A stretch of 64,000 nt of DNA from Paraspadella gotoi (GCA_051294375.1 CM119271.1:4476876-4540875); one strand, 5' to 3'. Counted from the first letter of the stretch, positions 37,370 to 51,811 are shown. Numbers and translations are program-made. Notes: a model not told the origin generated them from the letters alone.

Positions 37370-40300
37370 CTGCGAGAGAAAGGTGGAGTTTGTTTTTCAA
37401 ACTAAATATTGATTTCAAATCGGGTGTGGAATGAATATTTGTTGATTTATCTCTACTGATATTGGTATTGTTTTGATCAATTTTTAGTTAGAAAATTCCC
37501 TGACGTTTTATGTTTTATAATTATAAATACTTTATCATAAGTTTGGTGGCTTGCTTTCCAGAAGCTTTTTTTTGCAGAATTTTCCGCCTTATTTGATTAA
37601 TTATTTATCTTTTGTGGAAAAAAATTGAAAATATTTATAGATTCTTTATTATTCATTAGTTGTTCATGTTTGGGACATGAAAAAAAATCTATTCTATAAA
37701 TTAAGGTTTAGTGGGTAAAGGCGCGCATTGGCAGATCAAACTGTTTTTCCCATTTTTTTTTCTAATAAGTTTTACTAAGAGAAATTAAAAATGGAAAACT
37801 GGGGGCTGTCTGTATGGTTGTGAAAATGGTTTTTGAATTCTGATTGGTCGAAAACATCGCTCGCAAAGTATTTTTGTATAGATTTTATGACCAAATTTTT
37901 CAAAAATGTTATTTTTTGGGTAGTGGAAATGATTTTAGACTTGGAAGGACCTTTCAATGCCGATAATTTGTTTTTTTTGAAAATCGACAAGCCTCATTAG
38001 AGCATAGACTAGAAGGTAAGGCATATGTTTGGACCTATGGGTCTTATGGAAAATAAAAACGTCAGCAATTTTTGATTACGCAGGGTTCAAGAATCTGGAG
38101 ATGCTATAACAAATACTTTAGCCTCAGTTGATCTATTCTATCTTTCACTGCCATTTAAAATCGCGGTAAATAATCTCTTAAGTTGTCAAAAAATTTCCGG
38201 GCTCAATTTTAATTATTTAACTTTTAAGTCTAAAATTTCGAGTTAGTCATTGCCATATGGTCAATGTAGGGAGGATGATGAAGTTTGCGATTGAAATTTT
38301 TTTTAGTGCTATGGCATGTAATTACGAATTTTATCTCTTTTAAAAATATTTTGCATATACGTATAACCATAGAGTAGGTCTGGGGTTGGGCATAAATCAG
38401 TAGCGGTGGTTTATGAGCTGATAGCTTTATCTCGCAATGAACGACGGGTCACGACTAGAGGTTCATGCTTATAGGCGGGGTGACAAAGGCAGTTGCCGAA
38501 ACATTAGCAAGTGAAGAAATAGTAATTATTGTTATATGTTAGTAACAGAACGTTCATATAAAGCAGAACCTGGAGTTCGGAGGCAGGCTGTCAATTGTAA
38601 CGGGCGGGTTAAGAGCGGCCCGTCCCTTTAATGCTGGGTAGACGACCGCGGGGCGGAGAACCCGGACTTTTGGGTGGGGAGGCGAATGACTTGCCTTCCG
38701 GACCAAATTTTGGCATGATGACGGTTGGTGGATTTTAAGTCCACCATACAAAATATAATCAATTTTTTCTATTCTGGGTTCGGAGAACAATAAGAACAAA
38801 ATATTTTTTGTACTAGTTAATCATTCTTCTCCATAAATATCTTGTTTGAGATCATTCAAATAATTTTTTTTGTTCGCCGATTTGCTGCCAACTCTATTGG
38901 TCGATATTGATATATGGCCGTCCTCGTTCCAAAGAGAAAGCGTTGGTTTAACAAAGGCAAGTATTTTTTTAAAAAAAAATCTCTACTGCTGCCTCCTTAA
39001 AAACAAATAATTATAGTTATGGTAAAATTATCAACTTTCATCTTTTTATTCAACCCTTTATCTAATGTGTGAAACTCGAACTGTTGCACTTAGTTTTCGT
39101 CTCGTTATCGAGTTCAAGGTAATCGAGTTTAAACCGCGAATATCCAATCTCGTCATCATAAAGGCGTCGAAGCAGGACTGGCTTACGAACTAGTGGAGCG
39201 CTTTGGTTTGGGTGTGTGTGTGTTTGAATGTGCTTGCCGCACTTTCGCTTCGGCCATCTTAACGAAGTTATTTTCAGTATCTTCGCAGCCATTTTTCGCT
39301 GGCGTATCGCATTCAGGTAGAGTGTTGCTAATGTTTGCCAATTGACATTGTCCGCCATGTAAAACTATACGTTTCGATCATTGAATATTTGTAATTTAAA
39401 TATAAAAAGATAACATAATATTAATAAACCACACAATTATTTCAATCAGGTTTTGATTTGAAGTAAGTGAAAGTTTCCCACGCACCTCCGCGCCAAATGT
39501 TACCGAGAGGAATTGCAGTAATGGAGAAGCTTTTTCACTTTTTACCCATCGGTTTCTCTTTCGGCAGAAAGACCAAACCCCTGTCCGCTTTTTCTGCCTG
39601 GCGTCTCCTGTGCCAGTCCACGGTCTCCCGGGCGAAGGTTTTTCCGGCGCTCGAGTTTCCGCCACATTTTAATTCCGTCCGTCGAAGGTCTTTTTCAACC
39701 GGGAAGTCGGGACACTCCTCCCTTTTTTTATCGTCTTGCGGCAATACTGCGCGGAGCAACTACTATAAAGTCCTTTTCGGTAAGGCTCTGTCGGGGGTCC
39801 GTTTCGGTCTGTCCCACTCTCGTTTAAATAATGCTTCATAACTTTCATTTATTGGTTGCTCATTGTTAGAAAGAAAAAACATCAATCTAAAGGAACTGCT
39901 AAGCCGCGGGCTTAGACTCTAAATTATATAAGAATAAAGATAATATTCATTTGTTATTTCGATATCGTCATGGATCATATTCATGAGAAATATATGTGAT
40001 AAGTGCTGCACGGTGCGGCGAAACACTTTGAATTAAAAACCGTGTCTTTTATTTATTTATAGTTTAGCCTCCCCCGATTTGATCGTGTGGACTGGTTCTG
40101 GGTTCACATTTATCGTAAGTCCATTTGCGTTTCTGGAAAGGCTATCCTTGGAATTGAAATCGCTTGCAATTTTTTTTTTAACAAGAAAATTACAGATGCT
40201 TTCCTCCCAGAATTTTTAATCCTTGTTTCCCCTACCTAGTGCTCTTGTTCATTCATAAATCTCTCTTGACGATCTCATATGGAGCGGTTCAGTTCTGGGA

Positions 40301-41759
40301 TGCAGGCATAGAGCTGACTAATCCGCAGCATAAGCACAAGCACTTCTGCATTGTATTGTCCTGATTGGTTGAGTTGATCATCAAACGTCATAATTTGAAC
40401 ATGCGTTCCTCATTTCTCTTCCTTTTTCCCTTTATCACAGTCTCATTTTCTTAAAAAGTTTCCAAACCCTCTTTCCCACCCCATTTTTAACACATACTTT
40501 TTTCCCATGGTCATTTTTAGCGGACCCCCCATAATTCTAAACCAGAATGCGCCAATTACCAATCCAGATCACCCTGCATCATTTCTGCTTAACTTCCCCA
40601 CCTTAACTCCCCTGCCCTCAGAGCCTCTCGCCCTTCCTCCTACTTTTTCCCCTCCCTCCACACCCGCCCCATTCTCAACCGCTTTCCCACTCCCGTTACC
40701 CTCTTCCCTCCCGCCCAACTGCATGGGACTGGGGCGGGATCCTACGCCGGTCGGGTGGATGGAGGGATTTGAATCGCGCCAAGGTTCCGCCCAGCAACGG
40801 GACTTTGCACGTCGCGCTCGACGCCTCGAGCCGATTCGACGTAGTCGGCCGTCGTTCGTCGGTCGCCGTGTCGGTCGCCGGTGCGCAAGTGTCGTCGTTT
40901 GCGGTCCGTCTTCGTCCGTTCCAGTCGTCTCCCCATCTCGAGGAGCGAATCTTAGCTTTCAATTCTCTCTTCTTTTTCTATTCTCAATTCCTTTTTAATT
41001 TTCTATTCCTTTTTCTACTCTCTATTCCTTTTCCATTCTCAATTCCTTTTCTTTTCTTTATTCTATTCCCTTGTTTCCACCCTTTCTCCTCTTCTCAACT
41101 TCTCTTCCCTTCCCCTCTTTTTTTTTCTTTTCTTTCCGTCTCATTTTCTTGACTCTTTCTCCGATGAGGCTCTAGTCATTGACTCGCATAACGACGACTC
41201 GTTTCAAGCAGTAAATCAAGCTTTCCTTCCGCTTCGGAATCAAGCTTTTTTTTCCTTCGGGGAGCAAAAAGTCAAGCTTTTCTGTTCCGAGTGGGAAATC
41301 AAGCTCTTTTTTTTCCCGAGCCCAAGATTAGTTTTTTTTCTTACATTCATCAAAGGTTTCTTCTTAAAGCAGGCTGTACAATGTTTTTTCTGCTGCTACA
41401 ATATGTATATTTTCTAAGCGTTAAAAAAAATTATCTATGGAAAAAAATATTTTTCCGGATGATTGGATAAGATTAAGAAATTGCAAGCTTGTTTTCTTGT
41501 TAATCTTTCTCAAACTGGAAAGCAAGAAATCCAATTGTCTAGACTTTCTTTTCAATTTCTCCTTCCAATACAAGGATTTTTTTTTAAAAAAGCGTTAATC
41601 GGATAATCAGTGACACAACTTTTTTTTAATACAAAGGACCGTAATCAATCTTGCTTTTTAAAACCAAAAGCAAGCGGAACGCATCGAGGAAGCTATCTTC
41701 TTTCATGGCCTCTTTATCTCCTTACATCTTCAGCACTCCGTGACGCCTCTCTTTAGCTC

Positions 41760-41957
41760 GTCCTTAGCGGTCTCATTGAGCCTCTGTTCTTACCTCTTGT
41801 TAGCCTCCTGTACCCGTCTATTAGGCCTTCCTTACTGCTCTCTTAGGCCTCCCTTGTACTCCTCGTCTTGAGCCTCCTCCCTTGCCGCTTCGTTTAGCCC
41901 ATTCCGCGTTTAGCCTCCCTTACCCTCTCTTAGCCTCCCTTACCCTCTCTTAGCCTC
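41760..41957. repeat. 20-bp minisatellite (TAGCCTCCCTTACCCTCTCT)n; inverted copy at about 48470-48770
   Basis: Clean units at about 41911-41956, degenerate units upstream. Confidence 0.75.
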
Positions 41958-41959
41958 AC

Positions 41960-42115
41960 CCACTCTTCCACGCGCGGTTTGCCTTCTTAAAAACCGTCAT
42001 CTCTTCGACCACAGACTTCCATCTCACAGCAGATGTCATCTCGAGTTTATTTACGTTCGATCGCTCAGGTTGAAGAAGCTTCAGGTGGAAAGGGAGCAGG
42101 AGATGGCAACAGAAG
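41960..42115 (-). other. Orphan exon-like island (open on both strands)
   Basis: ctatag|C TTC TGT...AGT GG|gtgagg, 156 nt, open frame. The plus strand is also open behind a polypyrimidine AG, so the strand is not secure. Confidence 0.3.
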
Positions 42116-45100
42116 CTATAGATGTTTTTTTTTTTAAATTTAAAAAAGATTTTTCGGGAAATGAATGAACTTCGAATCAATAAAGATTTTTGTAGCGAAT
42201 TTTTAAAAGTGAATTTATGAATTGTAATCAGGTATTAATTAAGCTTTAAAATAGCTCGTGATTAATTTTATTTTCTCTGATTACGCATGATATTCGTTTT
42301 CACTATTCTAAGCATCACTAATCTTGGTTTTCGCAGATTTTGTGGTAAAAAAAAACTACAAACTTGTAAATCAACTGCGGAACAAAAAAAATAAAAGAAA
42401 ACTTCCAGAGCTCAAAATCGATTCTTCAGAAGCAAAGTTTGTTTGTTCGCGACAAACTTTGCTTTTTTTTGATTTTTTTGTGCTTTTTTTGGTTTTAATT
42501 TTTTGGTTTTAATTCGAATTTCTTTTTTAATTAGTTTTATAGATGCAAAAGATATTATAATACCGTATTCTGTATTTATATATTTTATATGATTTTTTTC
42601 CTCTGATATTTCTAATTCCTTTTAGTTCTTTTCCTTCCTTTCCTTTTTTCCTCCTTTTTTTCTTTTCTTTTCTTTTCTTTTCTTTTTTCTTTTCTAAAAA
42701 GCCCACTCTTTCTTCTCCCACTCCTTGTCTACTCGTCCTCAACATTAACAAGATTAGATATAACTGGAGAGAGAGAAGACAGAGAAGAGAGAGAGAGAGC
42801 AGAGAGAGAGACGAGAAGACGAGAGAGAGAGAGGAAGACAGATAGAGTAGAGGAAGAGAGAAAGAGAGAGAGAGAGAGAGACGAGTTAAGAGAGAGGAAA
42901 GGAGAGAGGAGAGGGTGAGGACAAGACAGCGAATAACACGTAGAGCGAGAATGCTGCCTGAGTTTAACCAGAAGGAAATAAAAAATAAGCGACAGAGAGA
43001 CAAGAAAAGAGTGAGGAGATGAGCAGAGAGAGGGAGAGAGAGAGAGAGATGACGAGAGCGAAGAGAGAGAGAGAGTAGAGAGAGAAGAGAGAGAAAAGAG
43101 TCACCCAGCTTCTTATTAACTCTTCTCTTCACCCGACGTAAATGCCATGAGACATCAACCTCTCTCGATTCAAATCTCTCTCTTGTACGCGAGTCAAGTC
43201 CGGAAAAAAAAGGAAGAGGTGAAAGAGTTCGACTGTGGCGACGAACAACATCTAACCTGAGACAACGACAACGACGATAACTAGATCGCTCGTCAGAGCT
43301 GACTTGTTCGAGAAGCGAAGATTTAAATCTTCACTTCGAGAAGAAATCGAAAAATAATTGGTTGTCGGCCATTTTCTTTATTTTAAAACGATATTGGTGC
43401 ATAATTTCATTTCGACTAATTTTTTAAAAACAAATAAATTTGAACATCTCCAATTGTTTCCCGTTCGAAGCCGGCTTCCATTTTGACTGATCAGCGCGTA
43501 TCTCTCTTCAAACCCTCCTGCCTCTCTCTCGTTCTCGTGACTCTATCTCCGCCAGTCATCTCCCCTCTCCTGCCCCTTCTCTCTCTCTCTGCTCTCCTCA
43601 TCGTCATCTGTCTCTCCATCTCTCTCTCTCGCATCCCAATTACGCCGCTACCATTAGCATCGTTCGCCCTTCCGCTTCGTGTTTTCTTTCTGCTACCTAT
43701 GAGGCCAAAAATTCGGTTTTGAACAACGAGGGCTTTTTCGCCGTATTACCGCTGACATGTTCGTGTCCTCCCTCATTCGGTCCCGCTTCTCTCTCTCTCT
43801 CTCATCTCTCTCTTCGTCTCTTCTCTCTCTTCTATCACTTCTCCTTCTATCTTCTTCTTCTCTCTCTCTCTCTCTCTCTCCAGATCACGTTGTCGCTTCC
43901 TTTTTCTCCTTTAATCTTTCTCAGATGAGGTCGGATGTGAAACGCCACGTGTGCTATTGCGTTTCTGCTCGGTTGATGGGTTTCCGACGCAAGCCCGGAT
44001 GACGATCGACTGTGACCCTGATGACACGATTAAACCGGATGTATCCCGTGATTTTTACGGAATGTAACTCCGGATTTAGCCCGGTTCGTGGCGCTGGGAG
44101 CGGACCACGATTCGTTTCGAATAGCATCGATTTAACCCCGGATATTTGTATCGAATCATGCCAGGTTGTAACCGGATATTTCGTGGCCGGTCGCGACTCC
44201 ATGTTTCGTTTAGTTGTTTTCTTTTTTCGGTCGTCCGGTCTGCGATTTTCGTTTAGAGTGTCTTACGTGTCGACGACAAGGAGAGTTGATTTGCGCATGC
44301 GATGATATCGGTATTTTGAGGTTTTAGATTGCATGGTGAGATTCTTGGAAAGTCCTAAGGTTCTTCTGGCTTATAGAACGCTTTTAATTTGTCACGTCTA
44401 TCTGTTGTTTTTGTTAATTTATTATAATTTATAACAACAAATTTATTACCTTATTTTTTCTTCATATTTCTTATCGAAAACTTTTTCGTGTCTCACTAAT
44501 TTGTTTCGTCACCAAATGACATATCGGAACGATCAACAACGACGGGCCGCCGCGACCGTCGTTCCTCTTGAACCAAATGGAAGATCGGCCAAAGGTTAAG
44601 GTCGAAGGGGCGCGCGATCCGAAATCAATCACAAGGGCTTCACTTTTTCGCATATTTGTCTGGAAAACTTCGATTTTACTCGCTTACCGAGCGACTTTTT
44701 TTCCCCCTTTTCCTCTCCCTTCCCGGGTTTCCGATTTTTCTTTCTTTATTCTTTTTTTTTTTTTCTTTCTGCTTATTTTGATTTCTTTTGTTGTTTATTT
44801 GTTTTTTTTAACTCGGTTTTCTATTTGTTTTCTTTTTTTTTTTTAATTTTTCGATCTATTTCGCATTTTGTGTTTTGCTCTTAATTTATCTCTCTCTTCT
44901 CTCTCTCTCTTCTCTCTTCTCTCTCTCTCTCTCTCCTCTCTCTTCTCTTCTCTCTCTCTCTCATGTTCTCTCTACTCTCACTTCCCCATCCAGCCCCCCC
45001 CATTCTTTCCTCAAAACCTTGTTTTTATTTTTCTGGTCAGTTGATGTTCCTTTTGTGAAACAAAAGTCGGACTTAACAACTGTTGCGCTTCTCTATTTTT

Positions 45101-48100
45101 TTCACCCACTTTTTTTCACTCCCTTTTCCCTATTTTTTCTTCTCCTTTTTTTCTCCCTTTATTTGCTCCCTTGTTTGCGCAAGGAACTCGGTAGCGTGTT
45201 ATATTATACTGAGACAGCGCTCACCACACACACCAATCTACACGACAAACACCAAGAATTCCAAAGCAGAAAAACCTTTGGCGTATTATCGTGTTACGAT
45301 TTATATGTTTGGCATTGGCTACATTTCGCGCCCTCAATTGCGTCGGTTAGTATTTTTTTCTTCAAGATTGGATAACTTTAGAGCCTATAGGTCCTGTCAG
45401 TTCTTCGTGTCTGTAGCAGGTCCGGTTAAGCTCGTCTCTTTGTCCTTCCGCAGGTTTTGCTTACTGAAAAAGATTGTGAAGATATTTTGAAAATACAAGG
45501 TTTTATATCAACCGTTTGTATGCTCTCCTTCGCCGTATATACTTAGTTGTAAAATATGTATTACATATTTATATCGTTTAATGTACTTTGTTTGTATTCA
45601 CTTCGATTGCCAATACACTTTTTCTCATGTTTTTTTTCTGACCATTTACATTAAATGGTCATTTGCTCGGCACTTTTCACTTCTCGCTCATTCCTCCTAG
45701 TTTAGTAACAACTTCTTGCATCGTCTCTCCCCCCCTCTCTCTCGTCTCACGTGTCTCTCCTCTCCTCTCATTCTCTCTCTCTCTACTCTCTCTCTCTCTC
45801 CTCTCTCTCTCTCGTCTCATATTCTCTCGTCGCACCACAAGTTGCTCTCTAGCAATCCAATTCAATCACCCTAGTCCAAACCACATCATCATTTCAAAGC
45901 CAATAATCTCAGCCATTTAAAGGCGTCTTTCTTTTTTTACAATTTGCCTACTTTACAATTCGTACCGCTCTCTCCGAAGGGAAGGAAGGCCGAATGTATT
46001 TGCTCTTGTAACTTTCACTGACAGCGATAAAAATGCAAATGTAGTTAACGTCGAAGCATCTGTTTTCGGGGAAGTTCGAAGAAGCGTAAGCATCTTGCTG
46101 TTTGTAATTCGCTGCTCTTGCAGCTATTATATTCGCGCCTTATTTACATTTGTGCAAAAGCAGAAAAAAAAGCAAATGAGAAAGCATTTAAAAAAATCCT
46201 TATTAAACATTATCATTGTTATTTCTATCATGTATTTAAGATTGAATCTTATATAAATTAGACTTAATAATAGAGTCAGTCAAAGGTAAATTTAAAAAAA
46301 TTCATATGCTACTGGCTATCGCTCCTTGAGGGAAGCTTAATATATCTTTCTAGTTTGTATCCGATGGTTCAAATTTAATTTTATTCTGCTATGACAGATT
46401 TTTTTAAAGTTACCCAGTTTGAGTTCGTCTAGGTGATTCTTCTAAGCCTTAATAAACCATTATTACTAATTAAGCATTCTTATTTATAATTTTTATATTT
46501 CTTATCTCTTACAAAAAATCTAGCCAAAGTCACGATCCAGAACGGATTTTTTCTAACATTACTCTCATTTTCTTCTTCTATCTCTCTGCTCTCCCTAGCT
46601 GACTGCTGAATTCCAGCTATTAGTCCTTCTCTTCTGTCTTACTCTTCCTTCTCTTCTACTTGTCTTCCTCCCTCTCCCAACCCAGCCGCCATTCCTCAAA
46701 TCCTGCAACTTTTTTTGTCCATATCACATCCGCAAACTTCCAAATACTGCCGCGTTGATCTTTGGATGATATATCCTGGTCAGGATATCCCACTTTCACG
46801 ACCAGCTCTATTTCCACCGACCGTCTGATTAATAGTGATCGATCACGTGATGGCATCTTCCCCCCACCTCGCCCCACAGATCGTTCAATTTGCCTCGTGA
46901 CATTCTTTGTTCCTTTTCCTATCAGATCTGCACTTTCATCGCGATTTACTTCCGCTGACAGTGATGACTCTCTCAGTACAGTCTCGGACATCGGCATTGG
47001 CCAACTACGTCTAATCGACTTCACACTTCATTTACTATATAGATGCGTCGATATTTTTCACCCTTTTTCTGTTCAAATTACACTGAAGCTTGATTTATTC
47101 CTTCTGTGACCCTTATGTTTTACCCGAGTCGCAATTCTGTCTACTGTCGGACGAGGAGATTTCTACCTTAAGATTTCCATCAACGTGATACTCTCAAGCT
47201 CTCTCTCTCTCTTCCCTTATTCCCGCGCGGCGCCGACTTTATCCGCCATATTGTAAATTGAAGCGAACTCATGTATCTCTCCATCTTCTCTCTCTCCTCT
47301 CCTCTCTCTCTCTTCTCTACTCTCTTCCTCAGTCTCTCTTCTACTCCTCTCTCCTCTCTCTCTCTTCTGTCCTTCTCTCTCTCTCTCTTCTCTTTCTCTC
47401 TCTCTCTCTCTCTCTTCTCCCATGGCAAGAATTAGCCATGTATCGTTGAAGCGGATTATGTGGTTCGAAGTAATTATTTATAAATAAAAAAAAAGGTTCT
47501 CATCTTCTCCCACCTGTCTCTCTCTCTCTCTTTCTCTCTCTATCGATCTCTTCTCTCTCGTCTCTCTCTCTCTCTGCTTCGTTCTGCTNNNNNNNNNNNN
47601 NNNNNNNNNNNNNAGACCAAGGAGTGGAGAGAAGAAAGAGTGGGCTTTTTAGAAAAGAAAAAAGGAAAAGAAAAGAAAACGAAAGAAAAAAAAGAGAAAA
47701 AAGGAAAGGAAGGAAAAAACTAAAAGGAATTAGAAATATCAGAGGAAAAAATCATATAAAATATATAAATACAGAATACGGTATATATAATATCTTTTGC
47801 ATCTATAAACTAATTAAAAAGAAATTCGAAATAAAACCAAAAAATTAAACAAAAAAAGCACAAAAAAGCAAAAAAAAGCAAAGTTTGTCGCGAACAAACA
47901 AACTTTGCTTCTGAAGAGAAAATCGAATAATACTATAGAGTTTTCTGTTATATCTAATATATATTATAGAATTCCGACAAAGCTAAATGAATAAATTACC
48001 AAGATATATAGTATAGAATATTAATATTAAATATATACACACAAAAATCAAGCAGTAAAACGCTAGATAATAGTATGCTCAAAAAAAAATAGAATAGTGA

Positions 48101-49487
48101 AAGAAAAAATCTGCGTAAATCAGAGAAAGAGAAAAATATTATCACTGAAGCATTTATGCTATTAATAACATAGATCATACAATACATCTATAATTCACGA
48201 CTTATAAACGACTACTATCAAAAATATATTACGAGACTAATACAATACAATATTCACCACGAAAAATCCCTTTTTTAAATTTAAAAAAAAAAAAAACATC
48301 TTAGCTTCTGGTTCCAGTCTCCTCCCCTTTCCACTGAAGCTCTTCAACCTGAGCTTCGAGAACGTAAATAAACTCGAGAGTGACCTCTGCTGTTAGATGG
48401 AAAGTCTGTGGTCGAAGATGATGGACCGTTTTTTATAGAGAAGGCAAAACGCGCGTGGAAGAGGGGTGGCTAGGAAGGGAGCTAAAGTAAGAGTAATGCG
48501 GGGTACAGGAGAGGCCGTAAGAGAGGGCCTAGAGGGGTAAGGAGGAAGACTAGGGGTGAGAGGTAGGAGCTCAGAGAGAGGGCAAGGGAGGCTGACAGCC
48601 TCTAGAGGGTAAGGGAGGCTATAGAATGCAAGAGCCTAGAGAGGAGAGGCTAAGCAGAGTAGGCAAAGTGGTAAAGAAGAGGTAAGGGAGGCTAAGGGTA
48701 AGGGAGGCTAAGAGAGCGGTTAGGGGAGGCTAAGAGGGGTAGGATGGCTAGATGGCGTAGGAGTAAGGGATGAAAGAAGCATTGTTTCGATGGTTCCGCT
48801 TGCCTTTTGGTTTCTAAAAAGCAAATTGATTACGGGTCCTTTGTATTAAAAAAAAGTATGGTGTCACTGATTATCCCGATTAACGCTTTTGTTAAAGAAA
48901 TAAAAAAAAAAATTTCCTTGTATTGGAGGGAGAAATTGAAAAGAAGTCGTAGACAATTTGGAATTTCTTGCTTTCCAGTTTGAGAAAGATTTACAGAAAA
49001 CAAGCTTTGCAATTTTCTATAATCTTTATCGCAATTCATCCGAAAAATATTTTTTTCCATAGATAATTTTTTTAACGCCTTATAAAATACATTATGGGCG
49101 GATCATTATGCATATATAATTTTCCAAAATAAGTTGCCTGTCGGTGATTTCCTTTACCTAATGTAGTTATTGATTATCACAATAACTTAATTCCAAAAAA
49201 TATTCAGGATCCACTGCAGATTTTACAATTTTTTTAAAAAATCATCATTTTGGCGACTGTGATTGGTGCGGAAATTCGGTCACGTGACCATCGAATTTTA
49301 GTTTTGTATTATTACTTTACTAAATTAAAAGTTGTTTTCTCAGTTAAGCAATATAAATTTATATATTTAAAGCTATACATTAAGATTATGAACAATATCA
49401 AGAAAATAAACAAGAAAAAGAAATAAATAAAGGCCCCAGGACCGGACATACAATCGACTTATCTCTCTTCTCTTATTTTCTCACTCG

Positions 49488-49518
<31 letters not shown>

Positions 49519-50543
49519 CTTCTTTCTCTCTCTCTCTCTCTCTCCTATCTTAATCTCCAAAGGACTCACAATGCTCGGCAAGAGCCAAATGCTAAGAGTA
49601 AGACTCACAAAGCGCAAACGCTCGTACTCCTGACGCAACCATACGGCCATGCCTTCCTCTCCGCCTGCACCCCTTACCCTTAATCTCTCCTACCCCTTAA
49701 CCCCTTATCTCTCTAACGGCCTTACCCCTTATCTCTCACCCCTTACCCTTATCTCTCTACCTCCCCAGGGGCAAACAAAAAAAAGGCAGTCTACGGCCCC
49801 GAAAGGGAAAACGCTGCATTGGACCAGGAGTAAAGATGACTCGCTCGTCGGAAACAACAATACAAAAAAGCCACCAAGGGGCAGAGAATGGGAGTAATAA
49901 CGACTTGTTTTTTCCTATTTCATTTCTCTCTATAGCGTTGTTTCCTTCTACCCTCTCTCCTCCTCTCTCTCTCTCTCTCTCTCCTTCTCTCTCTCTCTCT
50001 CCCTCTCTGTACTATCTAGGAAAAAGTAATATGACAATTTTAATAAAAGATATTACTCGAAAAACTTATTTAAATTTTTAAAAGAATCAGAATGTTTCCG
50101 ATCTATAATTAAATTTTTTTTTCAGTAGCTCCTATTTAATTTTTTTTTGGGGTAGGTCAAAATCGTTTAGAAGTTACAGGCAAAAAAAAAAAGGGAGAAG
50201 ATGCGGCAAGCATTAATATCGGGGAATGCGCAGATTTTGTTAAAGATGTGGAAAACATTTACTGTCATACCTCAATTTTACCCATGTTTTTTTATATAGC
50301 TTTTTTATTGGAATAAACGAAGTTATGTCATATACTTTTTTCTAGATTAGTATTTTCACTCGTCTTCTCTCTTTTTCTCCAAACCCTCTGTGTTTTCAGT
50401 ATCTATCTTTTGCTCTCTTTCCTCTTCTGTTTTTCTTCTTCTACCTTTCTTCCCTCTCTCTCTCTCGTCGCTCTCTTTCTATATTACCCTCACAACCTCC
50501 CCCCTTTTAACTCACCCTCCTCTCCTCCCCCACTCAAACTCAC

Positions 50544-50729
50544 CCGTGCAATTGATGGTGGCGTCGTCCTTCCTTTCCTGCAGCAGCCACAAGTGGGTGG
50601 GGCACTCGATCCTGGGCTTGTACTGAATGTCCAGTTTGCCGAAGGAGCATGAGGGTCGCTGTTGTCGCGGATCCCAGTGTTTGTGGGTCACGATGCAAGA
50701 GAGGTCGGAGTTCTTGTCCTGGACGCGGC
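50544..50729 (-). CDS. IgSF gene exon: D2 F/G strands and D3 A/B strands
   Basis: aaacag|GC CGC...TGC ACG G|gtgagt, 186 nt, phase 1 to 1. Translation RVQDKNSDLSCIVTHKHWDPRQQRPSCSFGKLDIQYKPRIECPTHLWLLQERKDDATINCT has the C2-set DxxxxLxCxVxH motif and an LDIQYKP linker. Confidence 0.85.
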
Positions 50730-51057
50730 CTGTTTGGAGCGGGAAGGGAATTCGATTTGATTGATTGATTTGGTCGATTGAATTGGTTTTATTATTAGAG
50801 TCGGAGTCGGAGTCGCGCGTTCGAGGGAGATTTCGTATCAATATTTCCTTGAATCACGAGATGGATAATGAATAAAAGTCACGTCGAAAAATAGAGAGAA
50901 ACTTGTACGTCACCTCTCTCTTCGAAAATCGACAACAACCACGAGAGAGTCAAGTAAAACTGTTGAACATGTGGACGACGACGACGACGCCGCCGCGAGC
51001 AGTTGAGCCTCCGTCGCCCACTCAGTCCGAACTTCGGATGGGGCTGTAGTCCCTCAC

Positions 51058-51180
51058 CGTTTTCACTCGTTTGAAACAGCAGGGCGCGAACTCGAGTCAA
51101 TTCGGGTTGGGAGGAAATCCTGCTACCTCCGGCTGGTGCTGCTGATGCTCGGACGAGACGCGTGGTCTGAAATACTACCG
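51058..51180 (-). CDS. Symmetric (phase 1-1) 123-nt exon-like segment within an IgSF intron
   Basis: tttgtctgtttgcag|CG GTA...AAC G|gtgagg. Open frame VVFQTTRLVRASAAPAGGSRISSQPELTRVRALLFQTSEN is in frame with the 50729 exon. Confidence 0.45.
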
Positions 51181-51769
51181 CTGCAAACAGACAAATAAGA
51201 GATGGCTTTAAATAACTCAGAAATTACTCAAAACCCGTCCACCGATGCAGCCTTCCAAATTCATCTCTCGGATCCACACGACGATAAATTAGTCAAATTC
51301 AACGTCAAAAATTTGGAAGCAAATTAACATAAAATTTCATCCGCCATCGAGTTAAACCGATTGAAAAGGTCCTCATTTTTTTTTTCGCTTTCAATTCCCT
51401 CATATTTTTTAAAAAAGAGAAATGAGTAAAAAAAAGTAAAAAAAAACCGTTTTGAAAAAGTAAAAGGGTTTTGAAAAAAAAAATTTATTCATAATGTTCA
51501 AGTAAAATGGGGAGAGGCTCTTCCAATATTCCTAGAAAGGCTAAGAGGAGAATGAGAGTAGAGGAGAGAGGGAGAGAGAGTTAGAGAGAAGAGAGAGAGA
51601 GGAGAGGATGGAGAGAGAGAGCAGAGAGAGTAGACCGCTTGTTTTTATTTATCAGAATAATTAGCTTCGAAGCATTAATCCGTTTCAATCGTGCAATTTG
51701 AATGGCTAATTTTGGCCAGGGCGGAGATAAGATATAAAGAGTAGGTAGAGAGAGATGAGAGAGATTGAG

Positions 51770-51811
<42 letters not shown>

